Assembly: GCF_040938485.1 (NCBI RefSeq)
Contig: NW_027271277.1
Span: 1-64,000 of the forward strand
Reading direction: 5' to 3'
DNA length: 64,000 nt
Source of the DNA: Diadema antillarum
Taxonomy: Eukaryota
The notes beneath the pieces are model-generated. The model made no database searches. It saw only the letters and a list, made by a program, of their open reading frames with translations, and was not told the DNA's origin. Positions 1 to 9,599 of this stretch are shown one piece after another. Position 1 is the stretch's first letter; every line of letters starts with the position of its first letter. A program made the translations under genes and the position numbers.

Positions 1-120
1 TCTGCCAAAATTTTGAAGCTAAATGATCTAAGGAAAGGCAAGAAATTAGCATTTTCCTGGGCCATGATTTTCCAACTTTCAACAGAACAGAAACGTGTCC
101 AAAGATTTGGATTTAACGCC

Positions 121-252
121 GCAAATAGACTCCGCCCCTAGCAACGAGGGAGTGATCTTATTGGTCAGTGCGTGGCATCCTGGTTACTAATTGGTTGTGC
201 ATAGACCGCTGGCGCTAAGCTTGAATGAACATTGTGGAGGTTGCTAGGAGCA
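121..252. promoter_or_regulatory. Promoter-like cluster: GC box, two CCAAT boxes, two RFX X-box half-sites
   Basis: CCGCCC overlapping CCTAGCAAC (~134-143), ATTGGT twice (~160, ~190), GTTGCTAGG (~240). An ATG in good context lies downstream on the minus strand at 65. Confidence 0.5.
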
Positions 253-1337
253 TACTTTCTATTGTCAAGAGGTAAAAACTTCTTGCCTCCCCTTGATCAT
301 GATAACGTCTGACGGAAAACTTTGGAGGCAGTTTTCTCGAAACACTGATTTCCTAAACCACTCGACATGCGCTAATAAAATCATCTATATCTCTGCAATC
401 AAGTACTTTTATGAATCGTGTTATATTATGAAATTAAAGAAGATGAGTAAGGGAATAATGTCATGTCATTTTCAGAAAATCGTCCTCCCCCGACTTTCAG
501 ATCCTTTTGTTGTACTACAGCAGGTCACATATATTCCAAGTGAAACTAGATCTACAGATGCTAGTAAACTTGGGTGTGGACAAGTTTAGAGAAGTTACAA
601 ATTTGTAATAAATTTAATATGTACCTACGATCAAACTAAAAGCAACAACAAAAAGGCATGCAGATGGAGGAAATCTAGGTGTAAGATATAGATGTGGAAA
701 AATCGACAACTCATTAGAACATAAAAGTACAAAAACCTTGAAATTTGGTGTTGGCCATTACCAATTTTTCCTTCAAATCCAGCTAACAACACTATGGACA
801 GTCTACGACAGGCAGATCTATACTAGCTAGATCTACAATCAACAGCCAAATGCTTCAATTCTTTCTTCTTCTTTTTTTGAGTTGAGTTAATGACACCTAG
901 CTAGCTAGATCTAGACCTCTATAATGGCAATGCCATGGTAAATATTGAATGCAGACATGATGTGCTTGCCCCTTGACTTGGGGAAAATTATCCAAAGAGC
1001 ACATTACAAAATATAAACACTCCGCTCACTCGACCACGCCTGCACGTTTATATCCCTGATGTGGAGTTTGTGCAGTATCTCACCAGATCCAGATCCAGAT
1101 CCTTCTTCGAAATGGTCAGAAAAGTTTCAAGGGATTCTGGCAATCAAATGGTTTAGGGACCATGCTCTGCACATCCCCACCCACACTCACCACACACAGA
1201 GCAGATTGCCAATATGGCAGAGAGAGGGATTTCAAAAGGAGATGCAGGCATGTTTATGACACCCAACATCAGTGAGCACATATGGGACTATTAAATTACA
1301 AAACATTCCCGATGCGAAGGACGGTCGCGATAATTAC

Positions 1338-1455
1338 CTAAAAAGAGCAGTTCCTTCGTTATGGCACGTCCCAAGCCTGTTCCACCTCCGGTAACTACGG
1401 CAACTTTGTTTGAAAACAATCCTGACCGGAAAACACTTCTGCCGGCTTGATTCAT
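1338..1455 (-). CDS. PECR: First coding exon of peroxisomal trans-2-enoyl-CoA reductase (SDR family); gene continues off the left edge
   Basis: MNQAGRSVFRSGLFSNKVAVVTGGGTGLGRAITKELLFL-G has the SDR TGxxxGxG motif and closely resembles the PECR N-terminus ([28 protein letters not shown]). It ends at a phase-1 donor TTA G|GTAATT at 1338/1337. Confidence 0.85.
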
Positions 1456-2564
1456 CTTGTCTGTAATGTGTACGGTTGACCGTACCCCACCGTGAAGAGC
1501 TACCTGTTCTGCAGCTAGCACTAGCTAGCGACGCGACGAGCCCGCGATCCCGATCCGACCCGATAGTTATCCTGAGCTAGCACTGTTTACGTTGTGTGCT
1601 TGGTGTGAGCTGATCGGCGAGACTGACTGACCTAGACACGTACACTGCATCACCTGTACCTCCCTCGCTCGTATCGTAATGGAGGTGGTACCTTGACCCG
1701 ATTCTACGCGGCTGGCACCTATTAGTGCGAGCTTTGTCGGGAGGATTGCACAGAATCTGCCCTTATCTGCGGGTCCATGCGACCTAAATTTCTCCACTTG
1801 ATACATCAATGATTAACTTGACCTGTCTCTGACATATAATATCTGTATAGGCACCCTATATGATGCCCCGGCCATCCCCCTATCAATGACTGTCTCTTTT
1901 TTTCCCCAAACATCAAGGGGGGGGGGGGGGGGGGGAGGTTAACGATCTGTACATAGAATCTGTATCGGCTTAACGGTGACGGTCCTGTAATGTTATAGTA
2001 ACTGACTATTAAAACTGGTTGTGAAAGTCGACATCAATTAGGCCTAAACAGCGTTATATTTCGATTTGTCGAATTCATTTTCATCCATTAAGACGCGTAG
2101 CACTTTAAAACTATATACGTAATGTAGTACACTAACATTGCTATTTCTCCTCGTATAGGTAGTCTACCTACAGACGTTGACATAATGCATTGATCACCAT
2201 TCATTAAGCGATTTGACACATTTTCATCCCCTCCCCCCCCCCCCCACACACACACACACACATACACACACAAATAGGTGTTTGTTTTTTTTTTTTCAAG
2301 ATTCGATCTGGTCTGATAGATGATAATGGTTAATCGCAAAGAAGTATTTATAGAAACACTCAGACTCAATTATAGTAATCAATCGAAAAACAAACACTTA
2401 CTGCTAACGATTAGAATAATAACATGAGTTCGTTATAGGTACATTGACGCAGAGACCTAAATTTGGAAGCATTATTTACCCGAGCGGTTTATTGACTGAT
2501 GTGATAATAATACAGTCACATATTATATACTGTAAAATGCCCGTTTATATTATTTCAAATAGTT

Positions 2565-3095
2565 CACTGTAAAAACATCGGTGTTAGATTTAACACCACG
2601 GGTGTTAAATCTAACACCGATCAAACTTCAATAAAGGACCACACCCACAGGTGTTAAAAATGCACTGTGATGGTGTTGAAAAGTGTTCACCTGACACTTC
2701 GTGGTGTTAATTTGACACTGTACCTGGTGTTATTTTGACACTGTACTGGTGTTAATTCAAAAATGACACCACATGGTGTTGATTTGATATTTGTTGGTGT
2801 TAATATCAATGGTTTAACACCCGTCCAGCTTCAATAAGAGACCACACCAGCTGGTGTTACTTTGGTGTAAATTTATTTTCACATTTTTTCAAAAATCTAG
2901 TATTTTAATGTAAAATTCTTGATCGTCTTGCTTAAATTAAAAATCAACAAGAAGTGCAGTTACTAAGAAACTCTTCAAAAAACAGTTTAAAATTTGGAAA
3001 TGACACCCGGGGGTGTTAATTTAACACCATAAATGAGCACCGAAAATTTAACACCAGCTCGGTGTTCACCATTTAACACCGGACTTTTTGCAGTG
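2565..3095. mobile_element. Non-autonomous EnSpm/CACTA-like element (CACTG termini)
   Basis: TIRs CACTGTAAAAA / TTTTTGCAGTG, TT on both flanks (2-bp TSD), many subterminal TAACACC/GGTGTTA repeats in both orientations. Confidence 0.8.
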
Positions 3096-4050
3096 TTTCA
3101 TCCTGCCAAACCAAAAATACAATCTCAAGAAAACTGTTTTCTTCTATTGCTGATAAAAGTAGAATATCGGGAAGTATAGTATAGACAACCGCTCATAAGA
3201 ATCCGACACAATTTTGTGAAAGTGATGGTCATAAAACGTCAGTAAGTGAATCAAGCTTGTGCCCTTAATGTGCGCCACGTAATACGTATCTGCTATCAGG
3301 TGGCAATTAAATTCGTTGTCTATTGACTTCTTGGCTATAAACTGGTGTGTGGAGTGTAAGCTATAATAACATTAGTGTATTCAAGTTTCCACATTAGCTC
3401 TGCTTTAGTTTATTTCACCATTACTCTCCTGATTTTGTTTTTCCTTTTAATCACAGAATCTGCATCTTCCAAGAGAGCTCGCACTTTAAAATCACGCCCC
3501 TCCTCCTCACGCGGGATCCATGAGCTGTGACGTAATACCCATGTGAAACATTGCATGGCTCGCCAACTATAGTTTTAAAAGGTCGATACTACAAAAATGC
3601 ATCAATTAATATGAAATCTGCTATATAGTCACGACTTTTATAATAGTCACGCTTAACCAATCGGATTTCAACCGAACCCCCACTCACAAAAAAAATATGT
3701 ATAAAAAAATATGATAATGATAATAATAATAACAATAATAACAAACGCATGAAAACTGAAATTATCAAACGCGCATACACCCATTCCATTCATGCATCAC
3801 ATACAAACATGTACACCATGGGCACCAACGAAAGTTTACAACTGTCTCTAAAAGTTGTTTGCTCAAAAAAGTGGGAACCAGTCGGAGGGAGGAGAAAGAG
3901 AAAGGAGAGGAAGCGGCAGACTACCATGAAGTATCTTTATTCAATCTGTTTATTCACATTGCCACTAAACCTGATTGTCCATTTTATCCTCATTGCACTC
4001 GGTTTGCGCAAATTGATCGCGTTCTGTGCGTAAAAGTGTAAGCAAGCATT

Positions 4051-4423
4051 AGGGTTCACGTCACGAGACCGACACCCACGAGTCATACAGCTCACAAGTC
4101 ATACAGCCCACGAGTCATACAGCTCACAAGTCATACAGCCCATAAGTTATACAGCTCACGAGTCATACAGCCCATGAGTTCGACACTAAGCCAATTAACA
4201 AGGCCCACGAGACCGACACATTAAGCGCCGTGTTGTATCTGTCGAACTCGTGGGCTGTTTTTACCTAGTGTCGAACTCGTGGGCTGTTTTTACCTAGTGT
4301 CAAACTCATGGGCTTTATTTGCCTAGTGTCGAACTCATGGGCTGTATGACTCGTGAGCTGTATGACTCATGGACCTGTTTTCAATGTCGAACTCGTGGGT
4401 GTCGGTCTAGTGGGATGACCCCT
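4051..4423. mobile_element. Foldback/MITE-like element with 16-bp internal tandem units
   Basis: 33-bp imperfect TIRs (AGGGTTCACGTCACGAGACCGACACCCACGAGT vs reverse complement of 4391-4423). About six 16-bp CYCACRAGTCATACAG units on the left are mirrored on the right. Confidence 0.75.
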
Positions 4424-5112
4424 GTATATTATACATGTATTATTGCAATACTGATATAAAATATCATTTTGAGCAAGGCTTCACTGCTGTTTGCGCTTTT
4501 CCAGCTCATAATCAATAGTATACGGGTGACTATGGAGCAGAAATAAGATCGTATGGTACCTCTACTGCGTCACGCTTATTATAAATGTTTGAAGGTGACC
4601 AGTTTCTATATCGTCCATGAAAACACAGTATAAACAAACAAAAGATGATAATGATATGGACACTGATGTTGTAGATTTTGCAGCCATGACGATGGGAATA
4701 ATATCAAAATGAACTGTTTACTACCAAGCTCATGGTACGCTAACATGAAGGAACATCCGTAATCAAAAAGAAAGACATTTCCATATCAAGCAACTGTAAA
4801 ACATTTAATACAGATGCATCAGAGCCCAGGGTCATGTCGATATTTTGTCAAAATCTCTTCGGTCATGTCGGTATCTCGAATTTAGATTTGGCATGATACG
4901 TAGATTGACAGTGGAATAAAACTTTGTGTAAACAATGATGACAAACGATACCAAATGAGAGAACAATCATTAATGAAAGCAATCGACAAAACAGAGTTTT
5001 GTGTTCTATGATGCAATGCTAAACGAACGAAAATTAGTTAATGACAGATCATTTGCAACACATGCGGGAATGACTGTGATTATTACCCATCCACGTAATT
5101 ACAGTGAGCCCT

Positions 5113-5289
5113 GGGGGGCGTTTCATCAACGAGTTCGTCGGAGTTTTCACCGACAAATTTGCTATCAGCCAATCAGACCAAGGATTTCATTAGCTTTTAA
5201 CAGTTGTCAGTGTAAATCCTTGCGTCTGATTGGCTGATAGCAAATTTGTCAGTGAAAACTCCGACGAACTCGTTGATGAAATGCCCCCC
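5113..5289. mobile_element. Near-perfect palindromic MITE, PIF/Harbinger-like
   Basis: GGGGGGCGTTTCATCAACGAGTTCGTCGGAG... arms mirror each other over about 70 bp and carry two inverted AGCCAATCAG boxes; flanks are CCT / AGG. Confidence 0.8.
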
Positions 5290-6547
5290 AGGTCTTCGAA
5301 GTGCCAAACTGAAGGCAATCTTGAATTAAAGCTTAGCGGTTTCTTGACAAGTTAATTGTATCTGCTCTTAAAAGTACTTTGACTTATCCTCATGATGCAA
5401 CAGATGATTATCGTAGGACGTGTAATATAATGTTCTAACCTCTGGATCTGAAATACTCATTTAATGCTAGAATACTATCTAATGCTAGCATACTTATTTC
5501 AAATGTGTGCACAGAATAAAACATTCCATGAGTTCCCTCTATACCGACAGTTACAAGCTACACATTTTCATCTCAGAATGTAAATTGCAAATTTTATTTG
5601 TATTATCATCCAAAATTCTCCAGGATGAAACAAGTTAAACAGAGAATCATGGGTAGACCCTGCTTTAATTATACACAAGCATGACAAATTATTGAAGGGT
5701 GCATTAATGTCAGATAGAATATCCATGAGCAATGAGTGGCAACAGCTATACCTGTATACACTATATATAAAGAAAAAAAAAGATCATATTATTACTATAC
5801 ATTGTCTTTGATAACAACTATATAATATAGACTTCACTCAAGATACTCATTTCAATAGTGTCAGTCACAAAAAAAGGTATTCAGCGTAAAAACAAAGCCT
5901 TCACTTCAAAGGTATAATTCTATCTACATGTATTTCTTTCTAGTGCCACTTACGCCCCCCCCCCCCCCCTCGAATTCCGCCGGCCCTGCAAGTAACACAC
6001 TACACTGTATGTCACAATGTGGGTCTATAGCAGAGAGCTCAGAGGCAGCGGATTAAACAGGAGATAACTATGACCAGTGCACCTGGTAGCCATTTCTCAA
6101 AAACCCAGGAGCATAATATCGTGTGCCTCGACATGGCGGTTACATTTTGCTCTTGACACACGTTACACAATACAGATTGCATTTTATCTTACATAAGAAC
6201 AATTCAACACACCTCCAATGTAGTAATGACAGCGATGGAATCATAACAATAATGGTAATGACAGCGATAACAATAATGATTATAATTAAGCCTCAGCATT
6301 GATAACAAGCATTTTTCGTAGAATATGGATTGTAGTTTCCAGGACGAGAAAATGAGGATTATATTTTGATGATTTCCTGAATTAGCAATGAGCAACATAA
6401 AGAGAGGAGCACTAATCTGCTCTATCTCTGAACTTTGGTCAGAATGTGGGTTTTTTTTCTCATCACCGTGTTACTGCTTCTGAAGTGTTTTATTGACGAT
6501 ATTAAGTGGCCGTAAAATGTGCAGCCAAATTGTTTTCTGGTTTTTAA

Positions 6548-7807
6548 TCATCTCCATGGGACCCATGTTTTCAATGATGATATTTGAGAAGTATTTTGTC
6601 CTTTGCGGCAACTCTGATACCACTTGGTTTCAGACAAGGGTTTTCTCTGTAACCTCCCAACCTTAACGTCCCGGATGTGAGGCAATAATCTGCACAGTGA
6701 CTCCCTTCGAAAGGGGGGATATGCCTTCTTGATTGATCCCAAGCTCCTCCACTTAAAGTACTTGAGGTACAATCCGTCATTCTTGGCAACTACCTTAAGG
6801 TAATCGGCGAGCGCTTTGGGTGAAGCAAAGTCAGCAGCATGTATGTAGGAGCCTGGTGGAGCGAATTTGAGGAAGCTGACTTTTCTGGCGCCGTATACTA
6901 CAGGAATGGTGTAATGAAGGAGGGCAGTTTGCCAGAACTGGTTCGTGATGTACTCTTGGCATTCTGCGTCTTCAAAGGCAATGAAAAACTTGTACTGACC
7001 CATTAGCATTCCACATTGTTCTGAATCCATGGGAAGACAAGTGAGATTGGTACAAGGGCCGTATCGGTCGATATGAATGTGTTTGGAGAGCTCGTTCAAG
7101 TATGCGTCTCGAGGCCAATATGTGTCCGTCCCACAGTTATTACCCATCCACGCCATTATTTTACGTTTTCCTGAATGATTTGGAATGACCACATTGGTGT
7201 CCATTGGTTCATCTGGAATGTAATACCCAAACGGTGTCGTCAGCTCAGATGCAGACATATATGTCCAAGAGAGATGAACGGGAAAGCTTCCAAGCTTGGG
7301 ATTTAGTTTTATGGCTTTAAGTGGTGCTAACATCGACATGAAAACCCAGAGCTGGTTGGGTTTATGTAGGGAATCTGATTTCAGACCGTCTATCCTTCCT
7401 CGCAACGATGAAGGAGACAGACCAAAGATAACTACATCCCTGTGTTTGAGGTCAGTCTCATTGGCAGATACACTAACTTGGAGAGAGCATTGTACTTGCT
7501 TTGGCTCCGCATCACATTCAACCTTGATATCACGTCTATGCCCGGCAACTTTCTTCAATTGTGACGTCAGACTAACAAACTCAGACTGTCGACTCAGCAA
7601 AATTGGTTTAGCGAAGATGAGGACGTCATAGACGCACTCCGGAAGTGATCCGTCCGGAGCTGACAAGGCCACTCTGTCTTCCAGGGCTCCTTGGAACTTG
7701 ATGACGTAGGGTGGATCGATGAGGTTGATGACTTGGAAGACGGCTACGACGGTGACGATTCCCAAGAAGAAGGCGTAGGGATAAAGACATGACCTGGACA
7801 CCCATGC
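6548..7807 (-). CDS. GT10 alpha-1,3/4-fucosyltransferase-like paralogue A, main coding exon (catalytic residues substituted)
   Basis: 419-codon exon after acceptor CACAG| at 7808. It has an N-terminal TM helix, AWMGNNC..R, YKFFIAFEDAECQEYITNQFW, IPVVYG, PPGSYIHAADF and YFKWR, all recognisable GT10 motifs. Confidence 0.92.
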   Translation of the reverse strand, partial: AWVSRSCLYPYAFFLGIVTVVAVFQVINLIDPPYVIKFQGALEDRVALSAPDGSLPECVYDVLIFAKPILLSRQSEFVSLTSQLKKVAGHRRDIKVECDAEPKQVQCSLQVSVSANETDLKHRDVVIFGLSPSSLRGRIDGLKSDSLHKPNQLWVFMSMLAPLKAIKLNPKLGSFPVHLSWTYMSASELTTPFGYYIPDEPMDTNVVIPNHSGKRKIMAWMGNNCGTDTYWPRDAYLNELSKHIHIDRYGPCTNLTCLPMDSEQCGMLMGQYKFFIAFEDAECQEYITNQFWQTALLHYTIPVVYGARKVSFLKFAPPGSYIHAADFASPKALADYLKVVAKNDGLYLKYFKWRSLGSIKKAYPPFRRESLCRLLPHIRDVKVGRLQRKPLSETKWYQSCRKGQNTSQISSLKTWVPWR

Positions 7808-8355
7808 CTGTGTGCAGGAAACAGAAAAGTGCGTCTATCATATTGCTAAGAACTGTTCAGGATAACAAGTGATACAATCGAATAGTAATCTATCGTTCAG
7901 GTAATGAGTACAGCGAAATGTAAGCTCAAAACAGTCCTATAGGTCATACTTAGTCTGTCAGGTAGGCTGGAGGCGAAATCTTTCTCGTCGGAACCAATGG
8001 ATTTTAATAATATAATTGTAGGGAATCCATGCCCAGATTGAAAGTTTATGCCCGGTCAATAACCTATTAATACCTCTACTTCTTGCACTGTCTTGTGGCC
8101 ATCATTCTTAACATTTCTCGTGGTCTACTGACAGTCCATTCTCTACCCCATTTACTAATTCACGTCCTTAGATTTTTCTCCGACAAGCATCATTTTGTCA
8201 CGTAGTCAACCCTTTCCCCCATCACCTAAATAATGCACTTTCACCATAAGCAGTGATATCATGTAACCACTCTATGTACAGTTCTTTCATGCTTTGTCTC
8301 CACATTAGCCGTGCCACGCATCCTTGTTGAATCAGAAGTCGTAAAATAGAAACAC

Positions 8356-9516
8356 AACTAGAAATGTCGCTGTGGCGACTGGAATGCCTCCGCCATAATG
8401 CATGGTTCTCCACTAGGTCTACGTATAGAATGACTTGACAATGCGTGATGGCAGTTTGACATAACTGGGAAAATATTAAAATGACATGTTTGTCCCAAAT
8501 GTGTTGATTGTTCACTTTCCTTGAACCAGGTTTAATTTGATGACTGGCTATTGTCTATCAAAAAGAGCAGGTATTGGGGTTTTGAAGAATTTTACTTGAC
8601 TTTTGATCCTTTATGAATTGATTTATTTCCAAGGTATGGAGAAAAAGTGTAATTTCAGTATTACATAGTAAAATTTTAGCATTTTAACATTGCATTTGAC
8701 CCTTGACTTTTCACCCTTATAACCCTAAATTCCCATGAGAATCACTGTCAGGCAGTACATGCATACATATGTACAAAGCTTCATAATGATAATGATACCT
8801 TGAGCGATTTTCGAGATATGGAGGAAGAAAATGAAATTTAGCATGTTCACTTGACCTTTAACCTTTTGGCGAAAACCTTTCCAAGCAAATCTCTATTGGG
8901 TAATATGTGTATACACTAAGTTTCAAGAAAAATCTTGCAGGCATTGCATGGATAGGCCTATGAGGGAAATAGTGAAATTTTGAGGAGTTGACCTTAACCT
9001 TTGACCCTTCACCCGGTGACCCCAAAATTCCCAAGATAATCTGTGCCAGTCAGTACATGTATAATTATGTACCAAGTTCCATGAAGACACCGTGAACCAC
9101 TTCCGATATATATGGAGAAAAAAGTGAAATTTTAACATAATTATTCACTTGACCTTTGACCTCTGACCTTTGACCTCATAGCTCGAAACTCTCTCTAGAG
9201 AATTATTGGGTAATACATGTATACACTAAGTTTCAAGAAAATACCTCCGGCATTACATAGATATGGGGGAAATAGTGAAATTTTGAGCAATTGACCTTGA
9301 CCCTTCGACCTTTGATCTTGATCATGTGCACCTTTAAGTTGATAGGCACAACTTTTCCTACTCATACACATACATGCCATGTTTCATTAGGATACCTCAA
9401 ACGGTTTTTTAGTTACCCTGCCCACAAGATTGATTACGGACGGACGGACGGACGGAAGGACGGACAACCCGAAAACATAATGCCTCCGGCGACACTTCGT
9501 GGCGGAGGCATAAAAA
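8356..9516 (-). mobile_element. Helentron-derived non-autonomous element (DINE-1/HINE-like) in the intron of paralogue A
   Basis: On the minus strand: 5' subTIR TTTTATGCCTCCGCC with adjacent inverted copy CGGAGGCAT, (CCGT)n microsatellite, internal TTGACCTTTGACC-rich repeats, 3' subTIR (8384-8394), hairpin GTCGC-TGTG-GCGAC (8366-8379), and a CTAG|TT end. Confidence 0.75.
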
Positions 9517-9557
9517 CATTTACGACATATTATTTACCAATAAGTAATTTAGCTTAC

Positions 9558-9599
9558 CACCATTCTGTAATGACATTGAATAGCTGACAACATGACCAT
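9558..9599 (-). CDS. Predicted first coding exon of fucosyltransferase paralogue A (MVMLSAIQCHYRMV)
   Basis: gccATGG start, 14 codons, phase-0 donor GTG|GTAAGC. It joins in frame to AWVSRSCLYP at 7807. Confidence 0.6.

Noticed and set aside
1567-1809. 80-aa minus-strand ORF upstream of PECR exon 1
   Set aside because: No recognisable motif and no splice link to the SDR exon.
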